Shown: positions 7,986 through 17,700 of the stretch, one piece after another
How the letters are laid out: each line of letters starts with the position of its first letter
How positions within the stretch are numbered: position 1 is the first letter of the stretch
NCBI GenBank assembly: GCA_030431515.1
Contig: JAUIIX010000001.1
Span: forward strand, 133,366 to 197,365
Reading direction: 5' to 3'
Source: a bacterium
GTDB taxonomy: Bacteria; Bacteroidota; Ignavibacteria; Kapaibacteriales; UBA2268
DNA: 64,000 nucleotides
Notes under the pieces: generated by a model
Database searches by the model: none
Seen by the model: only the letters and a program-made list of their open reading frames with translations
Told to the model about the DNA's origin: nothing
Translations under genes and position numbers: made by a program

Positions 7986-8672
7986 TTAAACTAATTTTTT
8001 ATCTTTGATAGTATATATAGTTTTGGAGTTTTGGGCTATTTCTTGGGAGTGGGTAGCCGTGATAATAGTTAATTGTTTTTCGGATTGTAGTTCTTTAAGT
8101 AGATTAACTATATTTTTAGAGTTTAGTTCGTCAAGGTTTCCTGTTGGTTCGTCAGCGAATATAATTTCTGGTTCGTTTATTAAACTACGAGCAATTGAGA
8201 TGCGTTGTTGCTCGCCACCGGACATTTCATCTGGTTTGTGAGTAGCTCTATTAGTCATATCTACTCTATCGAGTAATGCTTCGGCTTTTTGTTTAGAAGT
8301 TTCTTTTTTAGCACCAGCAATTATTGCTGGCATCATTACATTTTCAAGCGCTGTGAACTCTGGTAATAAATAATGAAATTGAAATATAAATCCGAATTTG
8401 GTATTTCGTTGCTGTGATATTTCTTTATCATTTAATTTTAATAATTCTAATTGCTTATTATTATCAAAGTAGATTAATTTGCCTGAATCAGGTTCATCAA
8501 TTGTAGCAAGTATATTAAGCAAAGTACTTTTACCAGAACCCGATGCACCAATAATTGATATAAAATCATTCTTATGAATATCCAGAGAAATATCGTCCAA
8601 AACAAGTAAATTCTCACCGAGTTTACTTGTGTAAGTTTTAGATATATTTTCTATTTTGTATAATATATTCAT
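7986..8672 (-). CDS. lolD: ABC transporter ATP-binding protein, LolD/MacB-ATPase type
   Basis: Walker A GASGSGKST, LLPEFTALENVMMP (LolD-type motif), signature SGGEQQR, Walker B IIFADEPTGNLD. Start moved to the ATG at 8672 because the track start at 8684 lies inside the rplQ terminator hairpin and T-run. Confidence 0.75.
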   Translation of the reverse strand: MNILYKIENISKTYTSKLGENLLVLDDISLDIHKNDFISIIGASGSGKSTLLNILATIDEPDSGKLIYFDNNKQLELLKLNDKEISQQRNTKFGFIFQFHYLLPEFTALENVMMPAIIAGAKKETSKQKAEALLDRVDMTNRATHKPDEMSGGEQQRISIARSLINEPEIIFADEPTGNLDELNSKNIVNLLKELQSEKQLTIITATHSQEIAQNSKTIYTIKDKKLV

Positions 8673-8702
8673 AAAAAAAAGCATCCTGTTTTATCAGAAT
8701 GC
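8673..8702 (-). terminator. Rho-independent terminator of the alpha operon (after rplQ)
   Basis: Minus strand reads GCATTCTGA-TAAAA-CAGGATGC (one mismatch) followed by T8, 25 nt after the rplQ stop. Confidence 0.6.
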
Positions 8703-8726
8703 TTTCTAATTTTAAGTTAATTAAGA

Positions 8727-9440
8727 TTAATCTTTTTTAGCTTCTTCTGAATCTGTAGTATCTTCAGATTTAACATCTTCATTTGTTTCTTCTGATACTT
8801 CCTCAGATGTAGCTTCTTCTACTACTTCTTCAACTGTATCAACAACTGCTTCAGTAGTTTCAACAGCTGCCTCAGCAACTACTTCAACTGTTTCTTCTAC
8901 AGTGTCAACTACTGTTTCAGTAACTTCTTCAACAACTTCCGCTATTGGTTCAACTACTTCAGCAACAGGAGCAGAAACATTTTTAGCTGGTTTTGCTTTT
9001 TTCTTAGCTTTTTTAGGAGCATTACCAACTATCTCTCTATTATAATCAACTAATTCTATTAATGCTGCACGCCCAGAATCACCTCTTCTAATACCAGTTT
9101 TTACAATACGAGTGTAACCACCTGGTCTATCGCCGATTTCAGGACAGATTTCATCAAAAAGAGCTTCAATAACTTCTTTTTTTCTAATATCTCTACCTAA
9201 TAATCTACGAGTATGAACATCATATTTTTGTCCATCATCTAATAAACCTTGTTGCTCTCTTTGATATGCAAGTCTAGCTTTAGTAATCATTTTCTCAGCA
9301 TAAGGGCGAAGTTCTTTAGCTTTAGCTTCAGTAGTATGAATACGTTTGTATTCAAGCAATTGAGTAAGTAAAGTTCTCATTAACGCTCTTCTATGACTTG
9401 AAGTACGATTTAGTTTTCTACCTTTTACGTTGTGTCTCAT
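8727..9440 (-). CDS. rplQ: 50S ribosomal protein L17 with ~115-aa basic-then-acidic C-terminal extension
   Basis: MRHNVKGRKLNRTSSHRRALMRTLLTQLLEYKRIHTTEAKAKELRPYAEKMIT is canonical L17, and it follows rpoA. The tail is KKAKKKAKPAKN followed by V/E/T-rich low complexity. Confidence 0.95.
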   Translation of the reverse strand: MRHNVKGRKLNRTSSHRRALMRTLLTQLLEYKRIHTTEAKAKELRPYAEKMITKARLAYQREQQGLLDDGQKYDVHTRRLLGRDIRKKEVIEALFDEICPEIGDRPGGYTRIVKTGIRRGDSGRAALIELVDYNREIVGNAPKKAKKKAKPAKNVSAPVAEVVEPIAEVVEEVTETVVDTVEETVEVVAEAAVETTEAVVDTVEEVVEEATSEEVSEETNEDVKSEDTTDSEEAKKD

Positions 9441-9463
9441 TTTATTATCAACCTAAATATTCA

Positions 9464-10468
9464 TTAATTAAGATGTTTAGTTTCTTCAAGGAATTTGTCA
9501 ACATTCATTCCAAATTCTAATCCGAAGTTTACAACTACATCGGCAAGCTCTGTTAAAGATTTTTTACCGAAGTTTCTAAATTTCAATAATTCAGACTCTT
9601 GCAATCTAACAAGTTCGCCAAGAGTTTTTATGTCAGCAGCTTTCAAACAGTTGTGAGCTCTAACAGATAATTCTAATTCCTCAACAGGAGTTAAAATTAT
9701 TTTTCTAATTTTAGTAAGTTCTGCAATTTTTTGTTCATCTTCAGCAGAAGGTTGTGGAACAACTTCTTCTTCCATTTCAAAAATATTTAAGAACAACTTA
9801 ACGTGATCAAATAATATTTTAGAAGCATAATGAACAGCCTCTTTCGGGCTAATTGAAGAATCAGTAGAAACTTCTAAAACAAGTTTTTCATAGTCAGTTC
9901 TTTGACCAACTCTAAAAGGTTCTACTTTATATATAGCATTTTTAATTGGACTAAAAATGGCATCTATAGGAAGCATATTAATAGGGAAGTCAACAGTTGG
10001 TTGTTCTTCCGCAGGAACATATCCTTTTCCTTTACCAATTCTTAATTCCATTTCAAATTCAGCATCTTCAGCTAAATTACAAATAACTTGTTCAGGATTA
10101 AGAACTTCTAATCCAGGAGTAGATTTTTCTAAATCAGCACCCGTGATAGTACAAGGACCATCAGCTTTTATTACTGCTTTAGTTAATTTTTTATCTAGAG
10201 GTTTTAATCTAATAGTTTTAAGATTAAGAATTACTTCTGATGTATCTTCGATAACACCAGGAATAGTCTCAAACTCACTTAAAACATTTGAGATTTTAAC
10301 ACCAACGATGGCATTACCAGGTATAGAAGAAATAAGAATTCTTCTAAAAGAGTTACCGATAGTTGCACCGTATCCAATCTCAAGAGGTTGAAGTGTAAAA
10401 ACTCCGAAATCACAGCTTGAATTTTCATCAATTAAGATGCTTTCAGGCATTTGTATTGAAATATTCAT
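9464..10468 (-). CDS. rpoA: DNA-directed RNA polymerase alpha subunit
   Basis: N-terminal domain (GYGATIGNSFRRILISSIPG) and C-terminal domain (ELELSVRAHNCLKAADIKTLGELV). ATG at 10468 preferred over the TTG at 10483 used by the track. Confidence 0.95.
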   Translation of the reverse strand: MNISIQMPESILIDENSSCDFGVFTLQPLEIGYGATIGNSFRRILISSIPGNAIVGVKISNVLSEFETIPGVIEDTSEVILNLKTIRLKPLDKKLTKAVIKADGPCTITGADLEKSTPGLEVLNPEQVICNLAEDAEFEMELRIGKGKGYVPAEEQPTVDFPINMLPIDAIFSPIKNAIYKVEPFRVGQRTDYEKLVLEVSTDSSISPKEAVHYASKILFDHVKLFLNIFEMEEEVVPQPSAEDEQKIAELTKIRKIILTPVEELELSVRAHNCLKAADIKTLGELVRLQESELLKFRNFGKKSLTELADVVVNFGLEFGMNVDKFLEETKHLN

Positions 10469-10497
10469 AGTATAATGAGCCAATATTTATTTAAAAA

Positions 10498-10878
10498 TTA
10501 TACTCTTCTTCTTTTAGGTGGACGACACCCGTTATGCGGAATAGGAGTTTTATCCATAATGCTATGGATTTCTAAGCCTGCTTGAGAAAGAGCTCTAACA
10601 GCTGCTTCTCTCCCAGAACCTGGACCTTTAACAAATACTTCCACTTTTCTTAAACCCATTTCAAAAGCATCAGTTGCTGCTTTTTCTGCTGAAACTTGGG
10701 CTGCATATGGAGTATTCTTTTTAGATCCTCTAAAGCCATTTTTACCAGCAGAAGACCAGCACAAAGCATTTCCATACATATCCGTGATAGTAACTTGAAC
10801 GTTGTTAAACGTAGCACGGATAAATGCTTTACCATGTATATCACTGACCGTCTTTTTTTTAATTTTTCTTTTAGCCAC
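10498..10878 (-). CDS. rpsK: 30S ribosomal protein S11
   Basis: [28 protein letters not shown]...[11 protein letters not shown] is canonical S11; operon position. Confidence 0.95.
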   Translation of the reverse strand: MAKRKIKKKTVSDIHGKAFIRATFNNVQVTITDMYGNALCWSSAGKNGFRGSKKNTPYAAQVSAEKAATDAFEMGLRKVEVFVKGPGSGREAAVRALSQAGLEIHSIMDKTPIPHNGCRPPKRRRV

Positions 10879-10908
10879 TTTAAAGTACCTTTAAAAATCG
10901 TGTTAAAA

Positions 10909-11286
10909 TTATTTAGTAACTTTCTTTTTACCAGCGATAGTTTTTCTTCTACCTTTTCTGGTACGAGCGTTAGTTTTAGTTCTCTGACCTCTAACTGGAA
11001 GACCTCTTCTATGACGAAGACCTCTGTAGCATCCAATATCCATCAATCTTTTGATATTTATTTGAATTTCAGAACGTAATTGTCCTTCCACTTTTGTAGT
11101 ATTTTCAATTTCTTGACGAATGATTAATACTTCATCGTCAGTCCATTCACTTACTTTTTTGTTTTCATCGATATTAACAGCTGCTAAGATTTTAGATGCT
11201 GTAATATTTCCAATTCCAAATATATAAGTAAGAGCTATAACGCTTCTTTTATTTTTCGGTAAGTCAACTCCTGCTATACGAGCCAC
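10909..11286 (-). CDS. rpsM: 30S ribosomal protein S13
   Basis: [26 protein letters not shown]...[24 protein letters not shown] is canonical S13. Confidence 0.95.
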   Translation of the reverse strand: MARIAGVDLPKNKRSVIALTYIFGIGNITASKILAAVNIDENKKVSEWTDDEVLIIRQEIENTTKVEGQLRSEIQINIKRLMDIGCYRGLRHRRGLPVRGQRTKTNARTRKGRRKTIAGKKKVTK

Positions 11287-11302
11287 TTTTTTCTCCTTTT
11301 AA

Positions 11303-11419
11303 TTAACCTTGTCTTTGTTTTAATCTAGGATTTTTCTTGTTAACAATATAAATCCTACCTTTTCTTTTGACGATTATGTCGTCAGCTGATCTTTTCTTTA
11401 CAGAAGCAGATACTTTCAT
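11303..11419 (-). CDS. rpmJ: 50S ribosomal protein L36 (Cys-less form)
   Basis: Not in ORF track (too short). Reverse complement gives [38 protein letters not shown], lying between infA and rpsM as expected. Confidence 0.9.
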   Translation of the reverse strand: MKVSASVKKRSADDIIVKRKGRIYIVNKKNPRLKQRQG

Positions 11420-11432
11420 TTTATTATACCTA

Positions 11433-11651
11433 TTATTTGTATCTATAAACTATTCGACCTTTTGTCAAGTCATAGGGAGATATTTCAACCGTAACTTTAT
11501 CACCTTGTAAGATCTTTATAAAATTCATTCTCATCTTTCCCGACACGTGAGCCAAGATAATATGCCCATTTTCCAATTTTACTTTAAATTGCGTATTAGG
11601 CAATGTATCTTCAATCGTTCCGTCAACTCTTATTAATTCTTCTTTTCCCAT
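11433..11651 (-). CDS. infA: Translation initiation factor IF-1
   Basis: 72 aa S1-like fold sequence: [62 protein letters not shown]. Confidence 0.95.
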   Translation of the reverse strand: MGKEELIRVDGTIEDTLPNTQFKVKLENGHIILAHVSGKMRMNFIKILQGDKVTVEISPYDLTKGRIVYRYK

Positions 11652-11665
11652 AATTTTTCTAGAGC

Positions 11666-13006
11666 TTATATATTAGCTCTTCCTTTTAATTTACCAGATT
11701 TCATAAATCCATCATAATGACGCATTAACAAATGTGATTCTATTTGTTGTAATGTATCAAGTGCTACACCTACTATGATTAACAAACTTGTTCCACCAAA
11801 GAATTGTGCGAATGTAGTTGTTATTCCAAATATATTAGTAATAAATGTAGGTAGTATCGCTATGATTGCTAAGAAAATAGAACCAGGTAATGTAATTCTT
11901 GTCAATATATTTTCGATAAATTCGGCTGTAGGTTTTCCTGGTCTAACACCAGGTATAAATCCACCTTGTTTTTTCATATTATCTGCTATTTCTTTAGGAC
12001 TAAATACTATTGCAGTATAGAAGTATGTAAAGAAAACTACCATTAAACCGTAGATAGCAGCATAAAAGAATGAATTGTATGAAAATAATTGTGCTAAATA
12101 TGTTACAGTCGGACTTTCTGGGAAGAAACTAAGTACTGTATTAGGTATAAACATTAATGATTGAGCAAAGATAATAGGCATTACACCAGCAGTATTTACT
12201 CTTAATGGAATATACTGAGTAGTTCCACCATATTGTTTATTACCAATTTGTCTTTTTGCATATTGAACTGGTATTCTTCTAGCACCTTGAGTTAATAAAA
12301 TAACTGATGCGATAATTCCAGCAAGTAATACAAATATAACAATTTCAATAAAAGGATTTCTAGCACCAGAAGCAATTAGCTCGTATTCTTGCATTAAAGC
12401 ATTAGGCAATACAGCTATAATTCCGATAAAGATAATTAATGAAATTCCGTTTCCAATTCCTCTTTCAGTTATTTGCTCACCTAACCACATTAAAAATACT
12501 GTACCTGCAGAAAGCAAGAATATAGTAGTTAATGTAAACATAACAACATTAGCTTCTGGAACAACCGGCATTCCATTGTAATTTTGACTAAGTAATTTGA
12601 TACTAATTCCTATAGACTGAAGTGCAGCTATAAAAACAGTAGCAACTCTTGTATATTGATTAATTTTTCTTCTTCCATCTTCACCATCTTTTTGCATTTT
12701 TTGTATTTGAGGAACAACTACACCAGCAAGTTGAAAGATAATAGAAGCTGTAATATAAGGCATGATTCCTAAAGCAAAAATAGCTGCATTAGAGAATGCA
12801 CCACCGACAAATAAATCAAAAAATCCGAACAGGGTATCAGAGCTACCAGCTGCAACGGATTGTTGTAATAGTTCAATATCAATACCCGGAAGAGTAATAA
12901 AAGAACCAATTCTAACAATTAAAAGAATAAAAATCGTAAAAAGGATACGATCTTTTAATTCTTCAATTTTAGTAATGTTTGATACTGTTTCAAAAAAATT
13001 AGCCAT
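11666..13006 (-). CDS. secY: Preprotein translocase subunit SecY
   Basis: 446 aa, 10-TM pattern, [11 protein letters not shown] and [10 protein letters not shown] motifs. Lies at the end of the spc operon. Confidence 0.95.
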   Translation of the reverse strand: MANFFETVSNITKIEELKDRILFTIFILLIVRIGSFITLPGIDIELLQQSVAAGSSDTLFGFFDLFVGGAFSNAAIFALGIMPYITASIIFQLAGVVVPQIQKMQKDGEDGRRKINQYTRVATVFIAALQSIGISIKLLSQNYNGMPVVPEANVVMFTLTTIFLLSAGTVFLMWLGEQITERGIGNGISLIIFIGIIAVLPNALMQEYELIASGARNPFIEIVIFVLLAGIIASVILLTQGARRIPVQYAKRQIGNKQYGGTTQYIPLRVNTAGVMPIIFAQSLMFIPNTVLSFFPESPTVTYLAQLFSYNSFFYAAIYGLMVVFFTYFYTAIVFSPKEIADNMKKQGGFIPGVRPGKPTAEFIENILTRITLPGSIFLAIIAILPTFITNIFGITTTFAQFFGGTSLLIIVGVALDTLQQIESHLLMRHYDGFMKSGKLKGRANI

Positions 13007-13472
13007 TGTTACTTATTTTCCCTCCGGCAGATTCAATTTTGCTAATTGCTGATGCACTTAAAGTAACATCAGAAACTGTTAACGCAATATTGATATCTCC
13101 ATTTCCAAGAATCTTAATAGGTTCTTTAGTTTTTAAAATACCAGAACTTCTCAAAGCTTCATCACTGATGTTATTAGCATTTAATCTTCCAGCATCAATA
13201 AACTGTTGAAGCTTATTCAAGTTTATAGTTTGAAAATTTTTCTTAAATCTATGATTTGAGAAACCAAATTTAGGTAATCTACGAGCAAGTGCTGTTTGTC
13301 CACCTTCAAATCCGATAGCTACTGTAGCACCAGAACGAGATTTTTGACCTTTGTGACCTCTAGTTGAAGTACCACCGTGTCCAGACCCTTGTCCTCTACC
13401 TATTCTTTTTTTCGAGTGCTTAGCACCTTCTGTATAACTTAAATTTCCAACGTGTTTCATAGTCTTATTCAA
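12999..13472 (-). CDS. rplO: 50S ribosomal protein L15
   Basis: KKRIGRGQGSGHGGTSTRGHKGQKSRSG is canonical L15; operon order. Confidence 0.95.
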   Translation of the reverse strand: MNKTMKHVGNLSYTEGAKHSKKRIGRGQGSGHGGTSTRGHKGQKSRSGATVAIGFEGGQTALARRLPKFGFSNHRFKKNFQTINLNKLQQFIDAGRLNANNISDEALRSSGILKTKEPIKILGNGDINIALTVSDVTLSASAISKIESAGGKISNNG

Positions 13473-13477
13473 TTTAA

Positions 13478-13660
13478 TTATTTAACTTCTTCTACATTTA
13501 CTAAATGACTAACTTTGTTAATCATTCCTCTTATTGCAGCATTATCTGGCAATATATTAAAATAGTTAGGTCTTCCAAGACCAAGAGATTCGATTACCAA
13601 TTTTTGTTTTTTTGGTCTATCAATAATACTTCTTACTTGCGTAACTTTTAATTTACTCAT
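13478..13660 (-). CDS. rpmD: 50S ribosomal protein L30
   Basis: 60 aa, LKVTQVRSIIDRPKKQKLVIESLGL; operon order. Confidence 0.9.
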   Translation of the reverse strand: MSKLKVTQVRSIIDRPKKQKLVIESLGLGRPNYFNILPDNAAIRGMINKVSHLVNVEEVK

Positions 13661-13676
13661 TTTAATACTCTCGTTT

Positions 13677-14183
13677 TTATCCTTTTAGAACTTTAGATAC
13701 AGGAATACCTCTTCTTTTAGCAACCATGTTAGCATCTTCCAAAGCAGAAAGACCTTGAATAGCAGCTTTAACAGTATTGTGAGGATTCGAAGAACCTAAG
13801 TTTTTAGTTAATATGTCTTGTACTCCAGCCAATTCTAATACAGCTCTAACTCCACCAGCTGCAATAACTCCTGTACCAGGTGTTGCTGGTTTTAATAATA
13901 CTTTACCAGCACCATATCTTCCGATAACTTCGTGAGGAATAGTATTATTATGAAGTCTAATTTTGACAATACTTTTTTTAGCTGCATCTGTTGCTTTATT
14001 AACAGCATTAACAACTTCACTTGCCTTACCTAAACCATACCCAACATGCCCATTACCATCACCAACTACTACTATTGCAGAGAAGTTAAAACGTCTTCCA
14101 CCTTTAACAACTTTTGCAGTTCTTCCTACATATACTAATTTATCTTGTAAATTTAATTCTGATGTTCTTACATTTGCTTTCAT
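13677..14183 (-). CDS. rpsE: 30S ribosomal protein S5
   Basis: [36 protein letters not shown] is canonical S5. Confidence 0.95.
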   Translation of the reverse strand: MKANVRTSELNLQDKLVYVGRTAKVVKGGRRFNFSAIVVVGDGNGHVGYGLGKASEVVNAVNKATDAAKKSIVKIRLHNNTIPHEVIGRYGAGKVLLKPATPGTGVIAAGGVRAVLELAGVQDILTKNLGSSNPHNTVKAAIQGLSALEDANMVAKRRGIPVSKVLKG

Positions 14184-14201
14184 TGAAAACCTAATATATT
14201 T

Positions 14202-14573
14202 TTAAAAATTCAAACCTGCTTCACGAGCAGCGTCGGCTAAAGCTTTTACTCTACCTCTGAAGACGTAACCGTTTCTATCAAAACCAACATCTTTTATACC
14301 TTGTTGATTTGCTTTTTCTGCTAAATGACTTCCTACAAGTTTAGCTTGTTCGATTTTAGTCATTTGAGTATTTAATTTTGTTTTCAAATCTTTATCAATT
14401 GAAGAAGCAGAAATAATAGTTGCTTTTGTATCATCATTTATCAATTGAGCATAGATATTTGTCGTACTTCTATATATCGACAAGCGAAGACGAGAATCAG
14501 TTCCATAAACTTTTTTTCTGATTCTAAGTTTTCTTTTTATTCTACGATTTTTTAAATCTCTAGTTATTGACAT
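14202..14573 (-). CDS. rplR: 50S ribosomal protein L18
   Basis: RLSIYRSTTNIYAQLINDD...GFDRNGYVFRGRVKALADAAREAGL is canonical L18. Confidence 0.95.
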   Translation of the reverse strand: MSITRDLKNRRIKRKLRIRKKVYGTDSRLRLSIYRSTTNIYAQLINDDTKATIISASSIDKDLKTKLNTQMTKIEQAKLVGSHLAEKANQQGIKDVGFDRNGYVFRGRVKALADAAREAGLNF

Positions 14574-14583
14574 TTAGTAACCT

Positions 14584-15126
14584 TTATTTTTTAGATGCAG
14601 ATTTACCTGCTTTACGTCTAATATATTCACCTTGATATCTAATACCTTTACCTTTGTAAGGTTCTGGTTTTCTTAATTTTCTAATTTTAAAAGAAACTTC
14701 ACCAACTAATTGTTTATCGCGACCTTCAATTTCAACTGTTGTTGCATTTGGTGTAGCGAAAGTAATACCATCTGGAGGTAATACTATAATCGGATGTGAG
14801 AAACCTAAACTTAAGAAAAGTCTAGAGCCTTTCATTTCTGCTTTAAAACCTACTCCTTCAATTTGAAGAACTTTTTTGTATCCAGTAGATACTCCATTAA
14901 CCATATTAAATACTAAAGATCTAGTTAAGCCATGAAGACTTCTTGATGTTCTATCATCACTATTTCTTTTAACATGAAGAGTATTACCATCTTGCTCTAA
15001 ACTAATAAGTTCAGATTTTACAAAACTCAATTCTCCTTTTGGTCCTTTAGCAGTAATATTATCACCACTAATTTGGACTTGTACTTTATCTGGAATAGAA
15101 ATTGGATTTTTACCAATTCTTGACAT
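14584..15126 (-). CDS. rplF: 50S ribosomal protein L6
   Basis: MSRIGKNPISIPDKVQV...GPKGEL...EGVGFKA...PEPYKGKGIRY is canonical L6. Confidence 0.95.
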   Translation of the reverse strand: MSRIGKNPISIPDKVQVQISGDNITAKGPKGELSFVKSELISLEQDGNTLHVKRNSDDRTSRSLHGLTRSLVFNMVNGVSTGYKKVLQIEGVGFKAEMKGSRLFLSLGFSHPIIVLPPDGITFATPNATTVEIEGRDKQLVGEVSFKIRKLRKPEPYKGKGIRYQGEYIRRKAGKSASKK

Positions 15127-15143
15127 TTTTATACCTCAATTTT

Positions 15144-15542
15144 TTACCAAACGGTACAAATTATTTCACCGCCAACATTTAACTTACTTGCTTCTTTAAC
15201 TGTAACTACACCGCTCGAAGTTGATAAGATAGAAATACCTAATCCATTTCTCACTCTTTGTAATTTATCAGAAGAAACGTATATTCTTCGACCTGGTTTA
15301 GAAACTCTTTTAATTTCTTTAATAACAGGTTTTCTGTTAAAATACTTTAAAGTAACAAGAACTTTACCTTGAACATCATCTTTTAAGTCTTGATAGTCTT
15401 CGATATATCCTTGATCTTTTAATAATCTTGCAATTTCAACCTTTATATTAGAACGAGGAGCTTCAACTGTTTTATGTCCAGCTTGTCCAGCATTTCTAAT
15501 TCTTGTGATGAAATCTCCAATTTGATCTGACACTATTGCCAT
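15144..15542 (-). CDS. rpsH: 30S ribosomal protein S8
   Basis: DQIGDFITRIRNAGQAGH...GLGISILSTSSGVVT...GGEIICTVW is canonical S8. Confidence 0.95.
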   Translation of the reverse strand: MAIVSDQIGDFITRIRNAGQAGHKTVEAPRSNIKVEIARLLKDQGYIEDYQDLKDDVQGKVLVTLKYFNRKPVIKEIKRVSKPGRRIYVSSDKLQRVRNGLGISILSTSSGVVTVKEASKLNVGGEIICTVW

Positions 15543-15576
15543 AATTAAAATCCAAATTTATTTTTTAACTTCTAAA

Positions 15577-15846
15577 TTACCAACTAGCTTTTCTTACACC
15601 AGGGATTTTCCCTTCAGATGCAAGTTGTCTGAAAATATTACGACATATTCCAAACTTTCTATAGACAGCTCTACCTCTACCCGTAACAGAACATCTGCTT
15701 ACTACCCTAGTAGGAGATGAATTACGAGGTAATTTTTGTAGCCCTTCGAAGTCGCCATCTTTTTTAAGTTGTTCTCTTCTTTCAGCATACTTATTAACTA
15801 ATCTTTTTCTTTTATCGTTTCTTGCAGTAATAGACTTTCTTGCCAT
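15577..15846 (-). CDS. rpsN: 30S ribosomal protein S14 (long form)
   Basis: 89 aa, [17 protein letters not shown]...[39 protein letters not shown]. Confidence 0.95.
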   Translation of the reverse strand: MARKSITARNDKRKRLVNKYAERREQLKKDGDFEGLQKLPRNSSPTRVVSRCSVTGRGRAVYRKFGICRNIFRQLASEGKIPGVRKASW

Positions 15847-15857
15847 AAAATACCAAT

Positions 15858-16493
15858 TTAATTATTATCTTTTCTTCTAAAAGGAAAACCAAATTCTTTC
15901 ATAAGTGCTCTTGCTTCTTCATCTGAATTGCTTGAAGTAACAAAAGTAACGTCGATTCCATTGATTCTATTTACTTTATCAACATCTAATTCTGGAAATA
16001 TAATTTGCTCTTTAACACCTAAAGTGTAATTACCTCTACCATCGAAACTTTTATCAGAAAAACCTCTAAAGTCTCTAATACGAGGAGCAGCAATATTCAC
16101 AAATCTATCTAAAAATTCATACATTTTTGTTCTTCTTAAAGTAACCATACACCCAATAGGCATACCTTCACGAAGTTTAAAATTAGATATTGAAGTTTTT
16201 GCTTTTCTTATAGCAGGTCTTTGACCAGTAATCAATTCCATTTCAGTAATTGCACTTTGCAGAGTTTTTGGATCAGACACAGCTGCACCAATACCCATAT
16301 TAAGTACAATTTTTTCAATTTTAGGAACTTGCATTACAGAACTATAATTAAATTCTTTTATTAGATTAGGGATTACTTGTTCTTTATAAAAACCATACAG
16401 TCTAGGTGCTGGTATTTCATGAGGTTCAAGATCCTCTACTCTACTACCTTCCATTTGGAAGTTTAATTTCTTACTTACTTGTACTTTCGCCAT
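15858..16493 (-). CDS. rplE: 50S ribosomal protein L5 (with ~30-aa N-terminal extension if ATG 16493 is used)
   Basis: [40 protein letters not shown] is the canonical L5 start region. The ATG at 16493 lies 2 nt after the rplX stop. Confidence 0.9.
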   Translation of the reverse strand: MAKVQVSKKLNFQMEGSRVEDLEPHEIPAPRLYGFYKEQVIPNLIKEFNYSSVMQVPKIEKIVLNMGIGAAVSDPKTLQSAITEMELITGQRPAIRKAKTSISNFKLREGMPIGCMVTLRRTKMYEFLDRFVNIAAPRIRDFRGFSDKSFDGRGNYTLGVKEQIIFPELDVDKVNRINGIDVTFVTSSNSDEEARALMKEFGFPFRRKDNN

Positions 16494-16495
16494 TT

Positions 16496-16825
16496 TTATA
16501 TCTCACTGCCATTTGTTTTAGCAATTCTAACTTTGGTTTTAACACCGTTTTTTTCTTCTTTAATCTTAGTACCGATACGAGTTGCTTTCCCAGCAGAATC
16601 CATAAGCATTACATTCGAATAATGAATTGGTAATGATTTAGTTTTTCTTCCACCTTGCTGATCACTTTGAGAAGGTTTTAAGTGAACAGTTCTAATATTC
16701 ACTTCTTCAACAAGAACACGCATCTTTTTAGGATAAACTTCTAAAACTCTACCAGTTTTTCCTTTATCTGCACCGGCAATAACTGAAACGTTGTCGCCTT
16801 TTTTAATTTTTAACTTTGTAGCCAT
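16496..16825 (-). CDS. rplX: 50S ribosomal protein L24
   Basis: [28 protein letters not shown] motif. ATG at 16825 preferred over the TTG at 16837 used by the track. Confidence 0.9.
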   Translation of the reverse strand: MATKLKIKKGDNVSVIAGADKGKTGRVLEVYPKKMRVLVEEVNIRTVHLKPSQSDQQGGRKTKSLPIHYSNVMLMDSAGKATRIGTKIKEEKNGVKTKVRIAKTNGSEI

Positions 16826-16837
16826 TATTTTGCCCAA

Positions 16838-17206
16838 TTATAATACTTCTGGAGCTAATGAAATAATTTTCATATAGCTTTTATCTCTCAATTCTCTAGT
16901 AACAGGTCCAAAGATACGAGTACCTCTTGGATCGCCTTTTGCATTTAGTAAAACTGCTGCATTATCATCAAATCTGATGAAAGTTCCATCGTTTCTACCG
17001 AACTCTTTTTTAGTTCTTACGATTACTGCAGTTGATACATCACCTTTTTTAACAGCACCATTTGGTATTGCTGCTTTTACAGAAACAACAACTTTATCTC
17101 CAACGCGAGCGTACTTTTTACCATGTCCACCAAGGACTCTGATTACACGTACTTTTTTCGCACCTGAGTTATCTGCGACTGCTAAATTTGCTTCTTCTCT
17201 AACCAT
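16838..17206 (-). CDS. rplN: 50S ribosomal protein L14
   Basis: [20 protein letters not shown]...AVIVRTKKE...FDDNAAVLL...[11 protein letters not shown] is canonical L14. Confidence 0.95.
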   Translation of the reverse strand: MVREEANLAVADNSGAKKVRVIRVLGGHGKKYARVGDKVVVSVKAAIPNGAVKKGDVSTAVIVRTKKEFGRNDGTFIRFDDNAAVLLNAKGDPRGTRIFGPVTRELRDKSYMKIISLAPEVL

Positions 17207-17217
17207 TTTTTAATACC

Positions 17218-17484
17218 TTATTTAGCTCTTTCAACAATATCAACCAAAACCCATCTTTTTAATTTACTTAATGGTCTTGTTTCTTGAATTTTCACAATAT
17301 CACCAATATTACATTGGTTAGTTTCATCATGCGCATGCATTTTTTTGCTACGCTTGAAATATTTTCTGTAAAGAGGGTGTTGCACTTGTCTTTCTACCAA
17401 TACAGAGATTGACTTATCACCTTTATTAGAGGTAACTTTACCTTGCAATACCTTTTTAGAACCTTTTTTAATCTCTTCAGACAT
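17218..17484 (-). CDS. rpsQ: 30S ribosomal protein S17
   Basis: [42 protein letters not shown]...[14 protein letters not shown] is canonical S17. Confidence 0.95.
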   Translation of the reverse strand: MSEEIKKGSKKVLQGKVTSNKGDKSISVLVERQVQHPLYRKYFKRSKKMHAHDETNQCNIGDIVKIQETRPLSKLKRWVLVDIVERAK

Positions 17485-17496
17485 TAATGCCTCAGT

Positions 17497-17700
17497 TTAA
17501 ATAGTAATGTTTTTTTCATTTAAAATCGTTTTCATACGAGCTACGTCTGCTTTCAATATTTTTAAATAAGCTGTATCTTGTAACTGCTTTAATTCATTTT
17601 GAAAACGTTGTTGTGCAAGAGTATCTATTGACTCTTTGCAAAGATTAAGTAACTCTTCGTTGCTTAATTCTCTTAAATCTTTTGCTTTTCTAGCTTTCAT
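17497..17700 (-). CDS. rpmC: 50S ribosomal protein L29
   Basis: 67 aa helical protein, [16 protein letters not shown]...; sits between rplP and rpsQ. Confidence 0.9.
   Translation of the reverse strand: MKARKAKDLRELSNEELLNLCKESIDTLAQQRFQNELKQLQDTAYLKILKADVARMKTILNEKNITI

Noticed and set aside
8673-8684. Track start of the lolD-like ORF at 8684 (MLFFM...)
   Set aside because: The extra four codons are the A8/T8 run and stem of the rplQ terminator. The ATG at 8672 gives the normal N-terminus (MNILYKIENISKTY).
8727-9079. Repetitive-looking DNA at the 3-prime end of rplQ considered as tandem repeat/CRISPR-like array
   Set aside because: It is in frame with L17 and encodes V/E/T-rich low complexity. 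There are no regular repeat-spacer units. Treated as a coding extension (see findings).
9957-10391. 144-aa plus-strand ORF
   Set aside because: Antisense to rpoA; a shadow ORF with no motifs.
10650-11079. Two ~127-aa ORFs (10650..11036 minus, 10696..11079 plus) spanning rpsK/rpsM
   Set aside because: Out-of-frame or antisense overlaps of canonical S11 and S13 genes. Their low-complexity K/L/F-rich translations are typical of AT-rich shadow frames.
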